DNA from: Setoptus koraiensis
Lineage: Eukaryota > Animalia > Arthropoda
Assembly: GCA_048013815.1 (NCBI GenBank)
Contig: CM106585.1
Coordinates: 4,092,001-4,156,000 of the forward strand
Direction of reading: 5' to 3'
DNA length: 64,000 nucleotides
The position numbers and the translations under genes were made by a program. The notes under the pieces are model-generated. The model saw only the letters and a program-made list of their open reading frames with translations, was not told the origin of the DNA and made no database searches. This document shows positions 11,794 through 30,122 of the stretch, piece after piece. Every line of letters starts with the position of its first letter. Position 1 is the stretch's first letter.

Positions 11794-12727
11794 TGCACCA
11801 AAGTTGATATAAGTTGCTTGGGGTGAGTAGAACTGGACGGTTCTTCCCAGAGATGGATAACTCAACAATATGACTCGTGGATTAAAGCATTCGAGGAAAA
11901 AATGAAATTGCACTAACTTATAAAAATTATAAGCTACAATATATATTTTAATCGTTGGATAAATCGAAGTGATTTGGAAAACAAAAAAACTCTTTCAAAT
12001 CAGCCGCTGGATTTGATTTGAGCATGCGTAAAACAAAACACGTGCCCAAAGGGAAAATTTGGTGCGCATTGGATATTGTTTTGACATGTTTCACCTCTAC
12101 AGTGATATCAATCTATAAGTGGCTCCATCTTGTGACTACTAGTTGAGTCATTTACATGGTAATACAAAATGTTCCAACGCGGTGAACAAATATCTATAAC
12201 CCAATACTATGTGCATAGGGTGCTTCGAATATCTCGGTCGAAACAAGCTGTTAATGCTATATGCCTTTCATAGCGCATTTAGGCGAATGCTCTATGAAAA
12301 CTACGCACGCACAGAGCGTGCATCAGACCATAGTGAGCGGGGCAAGTAATACATTGACAAAGCTGCGCAAAGCTGGCACGTTGAAGGCGGGATTCAACGC
12401 ACTCTGAATGCGGCATTATAAGTATTCTGTGCAAGTGTGCAGCACAACGTGTTTTTGCGCTTCAAGGTGTAAAATGTCTCACAGATGCTCGTTCTGCCGC
12501 GCTAGTATGTGTATTCATAACGCGCAAATAACACACTATCGCTGTACCAATGACTCGCTCTCTCTCACTCTCCCTCCGTCTCTGATAAACACGATCGCAC
12601 ACACAGCACACATGAATGATGCGTTTCTGTACCATTGCTATGGAAAATATTAAAATAAAAATTATTGAGGATACATTAATATCAGAAATATAATTGTTTA
12701 GAATAACTCACTACTATCGCAATCGTT

Positions 12728-15700
12728 ATGCCTCGGCGCAGCACACGCAAAAGAACTAAAAAGAGATTGCCAGATCAGGATTCAGATGAAGAGTATGCAG
12801 AAAAACGACGACCTCGTCGACCACCAACCCCACCAACTCCACCCCCTCAGATTTATGATGACGAGGGAGACCAAGAAGATGATCAAAAAGATTTAGAGGA
12901 TCAAGAGGACTATCAAGACAATGATCCATTCGCAGCTGAAGAGGAAGATGAGGAAGAAGAAGAGGAACAAGTGCACGAGGCTAGAGGAAAGCGTGCTCCC
13001 ATAATATTAAAGCTTGTTGTTCCCAAACAGCCACCATCTAATCTATATTGTGGCCCGGTGGACAACGCTGATCCTTTAGAGTTGCCTCCATCTTCTAAAG
13101 ATCTCTTAATCAACAATGGAAATCAACTCATGCAAGCTTTAAGTATACATGAAATACTGAGACATTTCGGTTACATCATAAGATTAAGTCCTTTTAGATT
13201 TGAAGACTTTTGCACCTCACTCATGGTAGATGAACAATCTAATTTACTATCAGAGATACATATACAATTACTAAGGACGTGCATTCGTGAAGATAAGCAA
13301 CAGCAAACCTGGATAGTTCCGGCTGAATTGAGAGACTCTATCAATGTCTACCTACATCTGTCAGATACATTCGATTGGCCAGCCGCTCTTAGGCTGTATC
13401 TATCCGCAGACAAACATGAAAATTCTAAAATTCTTGACGCATTGCATACTTACAAAGACTATCCTTTTGAAGTCGATCTACAAACCAAATTAGATGTATT
13501 GCAATTATTATGCAATCAATTTCTCTTGTCATCTTACGCTAGGGAAGACATAGTTAATGGAGGGATCATCAGACACGATGATATTTGTCGGCTTTGTCAC
13601 AAAAATGGTGACTTATTACCCTGCGATTCATGCTCTTCTGCCTATCACATTCTTTGTACAGATCCACCAGCTACAGCTGAAGAGGCGGCCCTTGAAAAAC
13701 CGTGGAACTGCCCGGTTTGTCAAGCCCATAGAGTCAAAGGCGTTACAGACTGTGTTGATCCAGTAGAAAAAAGTGGTTACTTGAAACGGCAAGATATGTT
13801 AGGCTGGGACAGACATGGTAGAAGGTTTTGGTTTTTGTCCAGAAGAATATTTGTTGTGGACGAAAACGAAACTGATGTGAGGTATTACTCTACGAGAAAA
13901 CAGTTCGAAGAACTCCTATCCCACATAGATGGAGATCACTACGAGAAATATTTATACGAGAATCTCGTAGAACTAAAACAACATATTCTAAGTCAAATGG
14001 AAATAACAGAGGACTTATACAACTCTCTGCGAGCATGGAGGAAAAGCTACATCGATATCGCTCACCTAGAGCTAGATCACCGAACCAATAAAGCTAATGG
14101 TTTGACAAACGGAAATGATCCATCTATCAAAGATGAATTGGTAGATGAAGACATCAAAACAACCCATCAGATCAAACAAGAACAAGAAAAACCAGATCTC
14201 GAAATAACTCAAGTTAAAAAGGAACATAGTGATGATGCCACAATGAACGGGGACGATAGTTGTGGTTTAGAGAAAACCTCTGTGATGAATGAAAATGACA
14301 ATACTTGCTCTTCAATGGTTTCTGTAAAGACCGAATCAGAGGTTGGAACAATAACGTCAAACCACGTGAAGTCAGAACATGATCCTACTCTAATGTCGGA
14401 TGATGACAGTAGATCACAGGATACAACAACAATTGACGATCCTCTAGCTTTTGCACAAGATGGAGTATTATTGGACTCTTGTAATACAAAAGGTGCCAAA
14501 AATCTTAGCCAAAGTAAATACAAAACTAGCTCTGTGGTACCATCAGTCAACGATACACCAACTACTGTGACAACAAGACATGCAACACGATTTTCAACAT
14601 CAACAATCACACCTAATTCAGGACACAAAGATGATTATACATTAGTCCAAGACTTCCAAACAGGTTCACTAGCAAAGATATCAAAAAAGTCTTTAGTTTT
14701 AGATGATTTGAGATCTGACATTTACCTCTTCAAGCTTGGGCTCGAAGGAACTTACAAAAATTACCAAAATCAATTCACAATTAATGCCTTGGCTTTGAAC
14801 AAGCACCAGCACTCTGACAATGACCCTAATCGAAGTTTAGGTAATAAATTTAGCATCAATTCAGGCAGTGCGTTCAAATGGCATGGATCTACAACCGGAT
14901 CACGCAGCATCATGTCAGCCACTGTGAGAAACACATTACTGAAATTGGAATCATTATTACCCCAGGCATTTATGCATCCCAATTGGAGTTGTAACCGTTC
15001 TAAGTGGGTACGCTCGGTGAATGTCAGTATGAGCGAAATGGAGTTCGCCAATGCCCTCTGCGTTCTCGAGTCTTGTATAAAGCCTGTGTTATTCCGAATC
15101 GCATGGATCGATAATCTTGGGACTTTGAGTTTACACAAAACTACATTATTAGAGAGAGAGGAGCTCAAAAAAACTGATAGGCAGCCACGTGGCTTTGAAA
15201 GACGTGAGTACCTAAGTGGTGACTTCGAATTGAGCATTAGGCTGGGTACTGCAGTAAAATTTTCAAGCAAGTTGAAACCTGTTAAGCATAAAGTTTGGAA
15301 GCAGAAAGGAGAGGAGTATCGACTGACTGGACTTAATGGTTGGTCATGGCTTAGCTCCACTTATCGTTCTAGACCCACAGCGAAACCAAAATCATATCAA
15401 AATACTGACTTCAAGTATATTGAACCAATCCATTCCGACCCTTCCTTGACGGATAATGTTCAGCGGATTATTGAGCAAGCAGAAGTTATTGATGTATCAG
15501 CAAACTTAAGCGCAGAGGATTCCAAGAGATTTCTTTACACCAAAAAACCTTCACAAAGCAGAAAATTAAGAAAAGTCGAGGAGCTATACAAAGTTGTTGA
15601 GACTCGAGTTATCTCAGATAAGGTTGCAACTGACCAAAACTCGTGTAGTGAGGCTAAATATGTCAAACCAATCATCCAATCAACAAAATTTCCTCCTCGT

Positions 15701-17275
15701 CCATTGAAAGGTCGTTTGCCAAAATGTCATGATTTTTTAACTTACCGTGGCAAAGTGAGGTCATTATTAGTATTACCCAAAGAAGACTTAAGTCAACTCG
15801 CTAGAGCAGGTGGACTACGAGAAGCAAGAGGCTTTAGCTACAATGCTAAGCAAAACAGTTATGTCTGGCCTTATGGTATAACACCAAGACCGGTATTTAG
15901 GACTTGTTGGCTGTATAAAAACAGGGTTGTGTCTTGCATGCATGAGGTCGCACTGCAATTGCGAATTCTGTATGCTTGCATACGCTGGGAGGACTTACAA
16001 GCTAGACCACCGGCTTCAGGAAACAATGTAATTGTTACAGATGAAGAGACGGTTACCATCGAGCTTTTGAAGAGACGTGACAAGCCACCATCTTTCTTAA
16101 GGTCTGACTACTTGATCAAAAAAACTGTAGTACCTATCGAACAGCCTACCAAATATCGTAAGGTTGGTAAGTCAACACCATCTGCTCGAAGCGGTTTACG
16201 TACAAGAAGACGTCAAGATGATGAGGAGGAACGCGCACCAACCAAAACCGAGGTGTGGGTTCCCGAAGAGCATCTCGAGTTGTGGGAATTGAAACAATTT
16301 GACGAAAAGATGGAAAAGGTGAACCAATTAGCCAAAGAAAAGGCCATCCGAGAGGAGGCCGAACGAAAGAGATTGTCCGAAGAACAAGCTAGGCGGTCCA
16401 GATTAGCAGCCGCCCAGCAAAAAAGAAACTCAACTATTAATCAACAACCAACACAATTGGGACCACGAATCCTTCCAACAACTCCGATAATCCACAGGAC
16501 TACCCCGATCATTGTAAATAAATCAATGCGACCGCTCTTCATTACGTTCAGACCTAACTCCTCCGCACCTACATCAGCTGCAAGAACTTTTATTATAAAC
16601 ATGCCAAGGAATGCAACTTCAATCACACTTCCACCAATTATTAGACTCACTACTACCGGATCCACTAACGCCCCAGCCACAGCAACAGTAGCAACCACAG
16701 CACCTACCATAGCACCTACCACAGCACCTACCACGGCACCTACCACGGCACCTGCCACGGCGCCCACCACAGTACCTATCACAGTACCTACCGCGGCGCC
16801 TACCGCGGCGCCCACTACAGTACTTACCACGGCGCCCACCGCGGCGCCCACCACAGTACCTACCACGGCGCCCACCACAGTACCTATCACAGTACCCATC
16901 ACAGTACCTGTCACAACTGCAACAACAACAACAACAACTCCAGCCACAAATGTTGCAACAGATCCAGCCACGAATGCTACAATAGATCCAGCCACAACTG
17001 TTATAATAGATCCAGCTACAACTGCTACAATAGATCCAGTCATAACTGCTACAATAGATCCAATCATAACTGCTACAACAGATCCAATCATAACTGCTAC
17101 AACAGATCCACCAACAACTGGAGCTTTTCAACTGGTGCCCGCAAACCCCATCGCCGCCGAGCCTCGAGGAGTGTCCGGTCTAGAGGCTGGTCTCCGCCAT
17201 TATCTCGATAGTTCGGTCGATGGCGGAGACCAGCCATCCGCTATCCAGCGACAACAGCCTCAGCAACAACAATAA
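12728..17275 (+). CDS. E(bx): NURF301/BPTF chromatin-remodelling subunit (N-terminal DDT-WHIM-PHD portion), single ORF of 1515 aa
   Basis: DDT (ALSIHEILRHFGYIIRLSPFRFEDFC), WHIM1, PHD (HDDICRLCHKNGDLLPCDSC..AYHILC), LGWDRHGRRFWF, NQF..NALALNKHQH and PRPVFRTCWLY...LQLRILYACIRW. No C-terminal PHD-PHD-bromodomain seen. Confidence 0.92.
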   Translation: MPRRSTRKRTKKRLPDQDSDEEYAEKRRPRRPPTPPTPPPQIYDDEGDQEDDQKDLEDQEDYQDNDPFAAEEEDEEEEEEQVHEARGKRAPIILKLVVPKQPPSNLYCGPVDNADPLELPPSSKDLLINNGNQLMQALSIHEILRHFGYIIRLSPFRFEDFCTSLMVDEQSNLLSEIHIQLLRTCIREDKQQQTWIVPAELRDSINVYLHLSDTFDWPAALRLYLSADKHENSKILDALHTYKDYPFEVDLQTKLDVLQLLCNQFLLSSYAREDIVNGGIIRHDDICRLCHKNGDLLPCDSCSSAYHILCTDPPATAEEAALEKPWNCPVCQAHRVKGVTDCVDPVEKSGYLKRQDMLGWDRHGRRFWFLSRRIFVVDENETDVRYYSTRKQFEELLSHIDGDHYEKYLYENLVELKQHILSQMEITEDLYNSLRAWRKSYIDIAHLELDHRTNKANGLTNGNDPSIKDELVDEDIKTTHQIKQEQEKPDLEITQVKKEHSDDATMNGDDSCGLEKTSVMNENDNTCSSMVSVKTESEVGTITSNHVKSEHDPTLMSDDDSRSQDTTTIDDPLAFAQDGVLLDSCNTKGAKNLSQSKYKTSSVVPSVNDTPTTVTTRHATRFSTSTITPNSGHKDDYTLVQDFQTGSLAKISKKSLVLDDLRSDIYLFKLGLEGTYKNYQNQFTINALALNKHQHSDNDPNRSLGNKFSINSGSAFKWHGSTTGSRSIMSATVRNTLLKLESLLPQAFMHPNWSCNRSKWVRSVNVSMSEMEFANALCVLESCIKPVLFRIAWIDNLGTLSLHKTTLLEREELKKTDRQPRGFERREYLSGDFELSIRLGTAVKFSSKLKPVKHKVWKQKGEEYRLTGLNGWSWLSSTYRSRPTAKPKSYQNTDFKYIEPIHSDPSLTDNVQRIIEQAEVIDVSANLSAEDSKRFLYTKKPSQSRKLRKVEELYKVVETRVISDKVATDQNSCSEAKYVKPIIQSTKFPPRPLKGRLPKCHDFLTYRGKVRSLLVLPKEDLSQLARAGGLREARGFSYNAKQNSYVWPYGITPRPVFRTCWLYKNRVVSCMHEVALQLRILYACIRWEDLQARPPASGNNVIVTDEETVTIELLKRRDKPPSFLRSDYLIKKTVVPIEQPTKYRKVGKSTPSARSGLRTRRRQDDEEERAPTKTEVWVPEEHLELWELKQFDEKMEKVNQLAKEKAIREEAERKRLSEEQARRSRLAAAQQKRNSTINQQPTQLGPRILPTTPIIHRTTPIIVNKSMRPLFITFRPNSSAPTSAARTFIINMPRNATSITLPPIIRLTTTGSTNAPATATVATTAPTIAPTTAPTTAPTTAPATAPTTVPITVPTAAPTAAPTTVLTTAPTAAPTTVPTTAPTTVPITVPITVPVTTATTTTTTPATNVATDPATNATIDPATTVIIDPATTATIDPVITATIDPIITATTDPIITATTDPPTTGAFQLVPANPIAAEPRGVSGLEAGLRHYLDSSVDGGDQPSAIQRQQPQQQQ
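16694..17112 (+). repeat. Coding minisatellites in NURF301: 12-nt (T-A/V-P-T/I) units followed by 24-nt (ATIDPxxT-like) units
   Basis: accacggcgccc/accacagtacct repeats, then acaatagatccagccacaactgct-like repeats. Confidence 0.9.
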
Positions 17276-17760
17276 CAAAAGTAAAATAAAATAATAAACA
17301 TATTATGATAATAAATAAACAATGCTTTATAGAAGATGGAATAGATTGCGCAAAATTAGATACAGTGCGTGTTTTATATGTGTCGAGCGAGCAAGATAAG
17401 AGAGGAGGCGATCAATAGAGATCGATTCACAATTCTTTCGTTGCCGGCCCCTGTGTGCTTGCGTAACAAATACACCTACTACTACTACTTTTACTAGTAT
17501 GATACATGCCAAATTTGGTTCACACACTCACTATGAAGTTGTGTGTCATGGAGCAAAACCACCAGCAGTCCCTCATGGATGCTAGGCGCTTTAGTTATGC
17601 TTGTGTATTTATTGTAATCCTCATCAACAATGAGCAAAGCCAACGCACTAACAACAGGACTATATAGTTTAAACAGTGGAGAAGCAGTACAGTGTTTGGC
17701 TGCAGTATTGCAGCAGCAGCAGTATTGTTTGTTATGTAAGAAGCGCAGTTTACAGTTAGT

Positions 17761-17800
17761 CGCGTGCGTGGGAACCGTTGCACACGCGCTGGCACACGAG
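17761..17800 (+). promoter_or_regulatory. Su(H)/CSL site with flanking Hes/Hey class-C sites and an N-box upstream of Hey
   Basis: CGCGTG (17761-66), CGTGGGAA (17767-74), CACGCG (17783-88) and CACGAG (17795-800), about 1 kb before the Hey ATG. Confidence 0.55.
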
Positions 17801-18770
17801 ACCAGCACGCTTATTATCGTTGTAAGAGCAATAATGTGCTGTCTGTTATTAAATTGGCGCTGTTATATCCCATTGCGTAAACTGTGTGTGTGTGTGTTGC
17901 CCCTCGCAGCCAACTTTCGCTGTGCTCTTCAGTTGGCGTCCCCTGTCGTCTCTATCCCCGTTCGAGAACTGTTGAGCGATACATTTAAAAGGAACGAGAT
18001 TTTCTTCAAGTGAACTGGTGTGTGTGTGTGTGTGTGCATTCGATGGGAACAGGCAGGCCTCAGATATGTTGTGCATCAGCACACGAAGCACCGTGCTGGT
18101 GCTTCATGTGTGCGATACTAGAGATGCCAATCACCCTATATGCTGTATATAACAGTGGGCATATAGTACTGTCGCTAGCAGCAACATTTTCCAGGGGGAA
18201 CAAATCATGCCACCTCCCTGCGCAGAACATTTGAATTTGGCAAAGGAATTTGCATCTTCATTCGAATTTCTGCATCTGCACATGAGGATATCTCTTTCCT
18301 CTTACTTGCACTCTCACTTATAGAATGTGTATTACATTTCGAACGGATGCGCGCGCATCGCTACAAATAATTGCGCACATTCAGCTTGGCAGCAAGACGG
18401 GCAACCATTACTGCGAGCGTGCACTGTACTCACCAATTGATTGAACTACTCACCGAATGCCAACCTATACACTGCAGTGTGCATCATTTACACCGTACAT
18501 CATACACAATAGAATAGAATCATGCATTGTTGGGTACCTCGGTGTAAACGACAATTGTTGTTTGTTTGCTCTCACACTGTTTGTTGCTGTTTAGTTGCTA
18601 TACAGATCAAATAGCATTCACTCAATCAACCATTTACCAATCATTTTCGAATCTTACACACACACTATTGAGCATCTATATCATTTATATCTATCTATAC
18701 GATCATCTATTTATTAATTAGCCCAATATTACTGAAATTCATCTAGCGATCGATCCATTCAATTATAGTC

Positions 18771-20390
18771 ATGTTTTCGCACAACAACAGCAACACTAGC
18801 AGCAACGGCAGCGCTTTGAATACATCAAGCACAAGCTCTGCCTCCTATTCCATTGATCCTATAAGAAATGTAGCCAATAGGAAAAAACGACGAGGCATGA
18901 TTGAAAAAAGACGTCGTGATAAAATAAACAATAGCCTATGCGAATTGAGACGTCTTGTACCAGCAGCATTCGAGAAACAAGGCTCAGCCAAATTGGAAAA
19001 GGCAGAAATATTACAAATGACCGTAGACCATTTGAGGATGCTACACGCCAAAGGATTTGACACATTCTCATTTGATCCACACACCTTTGCAATGGACTAT
19101 CATCTTATGGGCTTCAGAGAGTGCAGCAACGAAGTCAACAAATACCTGATTGCTATTGAGGGACGCGATTATGATTCATTGCGCATTCGTTTAGCCTCCC
19201 ATTTGGAATGTTATGCCACTCAACGAGAGTTGAGTCTAAAATCAACTAGTAACACTTGGAATCCAAGCGCTTTCTCAACTCCATCTGCACAACAACTGTC
19301 ATCACTTACTGCGGCAGCAGCGGCAGTTGCCGCCTCGGCAACTCCTGCATCGGTAGCATCTACGCATAATCACTATCATCATGGCTCTACAAATTCAAGC
19401 AAACACCAATCAAACACAATGAACAACAATCAAGCTTCCATGTCTACCAATCAGATTTTCGCCTCTTCAGCTGTCCATCTTAATAACAACAACAACAACA
19501 ACGAAACTTCTATCAATGCACTTCCTTCCTCCAATAATAGTATCATCAACAACTGTCAAGCTGAATCTGCAACTTCTCCGTCATCATCGTCAATCAACAA
19601 TAACGTGGTCAATGGTGGCACAGATGATTATAAATTTATGAGCACCACCAACAGCAATACGACAAACTCCTCATCCAACGCACATCACTCAAATTCAACA
19701 ACGCCAAATTCAACACCCAGCTTGCACCATTTGCATGCATCTAGCTCTATAATGGATAGTCATTCCTCACCTTCTTCGCACCACTTAACCAGTAGACTCA
19801 CAAACCCTGGAATGTCGGCACATCATCATTACATGACAACCACACATCAGCATCATCAACAACAATCGCCCCATATGCACCAAAATGCCCACTCACAACA
19901 AGTCGTCTCGAACTCTAATCAACATCATTTGTATAATCAACATATAACCCAGAGTGTTCCAGCTCATCACCATCACGATCCTTCATCCACTGTATCCGCA
20001 GCCTCATACCATCATCTCACGCCATTATCCACTAGCGACATAATGATGTCATCTGGATCTCATCATCATCAGACACTCTTGAACCTAGATCAAGCTCATC
20101 ACCATCATAATAGTCTAAGCGCTCAATATTCTCACCACCAAGCACCATCTTCTTTAGCCATGAACTCATATTTGGCAGCTACAGTAGGATATCCACAAAT
20201 GTCACAGAATAATAACGCCATGGAAAATCTAGACAATCAACAACATACTACAATGCCAAGTAACAATGTTACTAATATTAATGGCCAGCAACATGTTACC
20301 TCATCATCAAATTCGCCCTCATCTGCAGCACCATCATCGTCGAGCTCCGCTCGTCATTATAGGCCATGGGGCGCAGAAGTCGCATATTGA
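18771..20390 (+). CDS. Hey: Hairy/E(spl)-related bHLH-Orange repressor with YRPW motif, intronless, 539 aa
   Basis: [52 protein letters not shown], Orange domain ([12 protein letters not shown]) and terminal [10 protein letters not shown]. Confidence 0.96.
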   Translation: MFSHNNSNTSSNGSALNTSSTSSASYSIDPIRNVANRKKRRGMIEKRRRDKINNSLCELRRLVPAAFEKQGSAKLEKAEILQMTVDHLRMLHAKGFDTFSFDPHTFAMDYHLMGFRECSNEVNKYLIAIEGRDYDSLRIRLASHLECYATQRELSLKSTSNTWNPSAFSTPSAQQLSSLTAAAAAVAASATPASVASTHNHYHHGSTNSSKHQSNTMNNNQASMSTNQIFASSAVHLNNNNNNNETSINALPSSNNSIINNCQAESATSPSSSSINNNVVNGGTDDYKFMSTTNSNTTNSSSNAHHSNSTTPNSTPSLHHLHASSSIMDSHSSPSSHHLTSRLTNPGMSAHHHYMTTTHQHHQQQSPHMHQNAHSQQVVSNSNQHHLYNQHITQSVPAHHHHDPSSTVSAASYHHLTPLSTSDIMMSSGSHHHQTLLNLDQAHHHHNSLSAQYSHHQAPSSLAMNSYLAATVGYPQMSQNNNAMENLDNQQHTTMPSNNVTNINGQQHVTSSSNSPSSAAPSSSSSARHYRPWGAEVAY

Positions 20391-20658
20391 TCATGCTCAA
20401 AAGAGCTCAACTTTTCTCACCCAATCTATATGCCAACCATGATAATATAAAAGTGTGTCTCAAATCTACCATTTTTACCCCAAACTATCAGCTTCGAATA
20501 AAGAAACAATCTTGCTCTCAATTAATAGCAAAAATTTTCGAACTGCCGACTCGCTAGACAAACAAACAAAACAACAGTTATCTTAATAGGATGTTGTTGA
20601 ACTCCATAGGTTAATTTGGCTAAGGTTTCCTATCTTTTATTTATTGAAACTTTGTGAT

Positions 20659-27286
<6,628 letters not shown>

Positions 27287-28039
27287 TAAGTATGTTGTCC
27301 TAATGGCTGGCTCCTTCTTGAAAGAAAGTGCCTATGCCAGACAACAAACTTCTTGATTTGGTATCTAATTTGGTTATTATTAGATTTTTGTAAATTTGGC
27401 AAATAACGTTTCTTAAAAAATTTTTTCTTTTTCTTGTATGAATGTCTTATTTTATTGTTGGCCTTAGTTCGTATGAGCATTGAGGTAAATTTGATCGTAG
27501 TATCATTCATTTGAATTGAATATTTTGTTTTCCTTTCTCGTTTGCTGATAAAAAAGATCTTTATGAATTCTTGTATAAAATGCTACCATTAATAATTGAG
27601 GCCTATATTCGTTGTATTTAGTCATTATTTGTTTGCTGGATGCCGCTTAGTGGTTCAAGTGGGTGCGCTTGATCTGTGAATATTTAGTGTTGCATCAAAC
27701 ATAATTGGATCAGAATTCACACGGGGTCTCATGTGATGGTGGTGATGATAATTATGATTTTGCATCTTCAATTATGTGCATTTTTTTCTTGAGCTTACGG
27801 TCGAATTCTGTTATTCTCGTTGTTGGTTGAAAGCTGTGTGCTGTGAACATGACGGATGAATTTCGTTTTCTTAGGATCTCGGCCCAATGTAAGAGGCCAA
27901 GATCTAGCTTTTCATGTCAGTCATTATTAGATTATTGATTGATCGATGGCATCTTGATTTTTGAGCGATATTCTTTCTCGGTAATCTGGTGCACAGATAC
28001 ATTTTGAAACAAACGCTTGGTACTCACGGACACCTCGAC

Positions 28040-28136
28040 ACACACACACACGCACACGGACACGCACACACACACACACGCACACACACAGACGAGCGCG
28101 CGCGCACCAACACACACACACGCACACACACACACG
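28040..28136 (+). repeat. Imperfect (CA)n microsatellite
   Basis: cacacacacacgcacacggacacgcacac... Confidence 0.85.
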
Positions 28137-29082
28137 AATTCCTCTAGACAAACATATCTACACAGTGGTCGATTGGTGATGACGAAAATAGATAAACAAA
28201 TAGGCACGTTAGATCCATCCAAAGAGTGAAGTTGTGTGTGTGTGCGTCGGCAGGGATTTTTAGCACAAATGGAGTATCGGTTGACATTAATAGTGATTAA
28301 CAACAATAGTAATGGTAATTAATTCTTTCGTGATAGGGTCCCGTTTTTCTCAAGTGTGTGTGCGTGCCCTGGCATGTTATTTTGTGCATGGCCTCGTGTT
28401 TTTTGCGCATAACAGTGTATGTCTGGGATGATTGGTGGTGCTCGCGTTTGTGCCTAATAATTGTTAAGCCATCGATGAATTAATGATATGTGTGCTGTTA
28501 TTGTAGCAAATCGTATAATGCATCGTTTTCATCGGCGACATTCATGGTTGTGTGTGTGTGTGCATTGTGCTAGCACTGTTGCGGATGGCAACAATGTTTG
28601 TAACAATGTTTGTAACAATGTTGTTGTTGGTGGTGGTGGTGTATCTTTTCTGCTTAAAAATGATTATTTTAATTCATGCAACAACAAGATTTGCTAAACC
28701 AATACTTGTCAACTAACGGATTACAGACACGCTTGCACGATCGGGCCCATTCGAGGTGATGAATCAATTGTATTATTGGCGCGACTGATTGAGACGACAC
28801 GACAAGACGACGAGACGACGAATTATTGTGCGTTGTTATGCTGGCTTCGCTCTGGCTTGTCACAGAGCTCCCTTTCTTCGTTTGTCAATTGCTGCTGGCC
28901 GATGATGCACTGTTCTTGTTGTTGCTGGCGTTGACAAGTTTCGTCTCTTTTGTTGTCCTGATATTATTACTATTAATAATATTATATTATTCTTTTCTAT
29001 TCTATTTTTCATTTGCAGCAATAATTTCCACTCACTTTACACTTTACACTTCCACTTGTAAACTGTGTGCGTGTGTGTGTAC

Positions 29083-29113
<31 letters not shown>

Positions 29114-29408
29114 CAGAGTAATCTATTACTCTGCTATTATTATTATTGCTGATAGAATTATTAATATTAGTGTGATGATGCTAAGTAATGTTCGGAGAGA
29201 TGATCTCGTGGTCTTCGTGACAAAAGACGACTGCAATAAATATTTCATATCCCTCTCTCTGGCTCGCTTGCCTAATAGTGAGGCGATGCCCATTGTGTGT
29301 GTGTGTGTGTGTGTCTGTGCAAGCAACTCACAGTGTGTCTGTGTACCATTGTGTATGTGTATGTTTGTGTGTGTGTGTGTTTGAGTGTGTATAACTCAAT
29401 CACTTTGG

Positions 29409-29410
<2 letters not shown>

Positions 29411-29468
<58 letters not shown>

Positions 29469-29485
29469 GCGTGTGTATGTGTGTG
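29411..29485 (+). repeat. (GT)n microsatellite, about 26 perfect units plus a degenerate tail
   Basis: Directly visible. Confidence 0.95.
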
Positions 29486-29726
29486 AACTGATTTGAGAAT
29501 TATTACTATATATATCAGTTGGCGAAGATTCGATCCGGTCGGTTCGTCCGTTCGATGCGCCGTCCCTCCTAACAGATCCCCTCATCAGCGAACGCTGCCG
29601 TGGTGCATGCACAACGCACACACACTCGCTCAGGGCTGGGTGCGTGGGTCTCGGGTGCTTGTGAGTCTGGGTGCGCTGGGGCGTTTGTGTGCCTCTGTGA
29701 GCCTCGCCAGCTAGGCTCTCCCAATG

Positions 29727-29744
29727 CACACGCACAAGCACACA

Positions 29745-29831
<87 letters not shown>
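29727..29831 (+). repeat. (CA)n microsatellite, about 41 perfect units from 29749
   Basis: Directly visible. Confidence 0.95.
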
Positions 29832-29837
<6 letters not shown>

Positions 29838-30086
29838 CGGTGAGGAGTCTAGACAGGGGGCCGGAGTGGCTTGCGTCGAGCCCGAAACCAAAATTGCTTT
29901 TATGCGTGTGCGTGCTCGTGCGCAAACGGCGTCCCCTCGGTGCGCCATTCTGTTTGTTTGGCTCTGTGTGTAGCCAGACCGCTGCCCAAATTTGAACCGA
30001 TTGTAGGCGCTCAAGTGTGTTTGTGTGTGTGTGTGTGTGCCGCACTGGTGCACATGCAGCGTACGCGCACGTTAGCCCCATTTTGA

Positions 30087-30122
30087 GCGTGCGTGTGTGT
30101 GTGTGCGCGCGCGCGCGCGCGC
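30087..30122. repeat. (GT)n(GC)9 alternating purine-pyrimidine tract
   Basis: gcgtgcgtgtgtgtgtgtgcgcgcgcgcgcgcgcgc. Confidence 0.9.

Noticed and set aside
11794-11913. 40-aa N-terminal extension of BUD31 in the listed ORF
   Set aside because: It starts at a non-ATG codon and homology begins at MPRIRT (11793).
16441-17131. Antisense ORFs (216 aa V/G/A-rich; 170 aa C/R/G-rich) over NURF301
   Set aside because: They are shadows of the coding minisatellite.
20653-20658. K-box TGTGAT downstream of Hey
   Set aside because: It lies beyond the likely Hey polyA signal (20497-20502) and is a single 6-mer.
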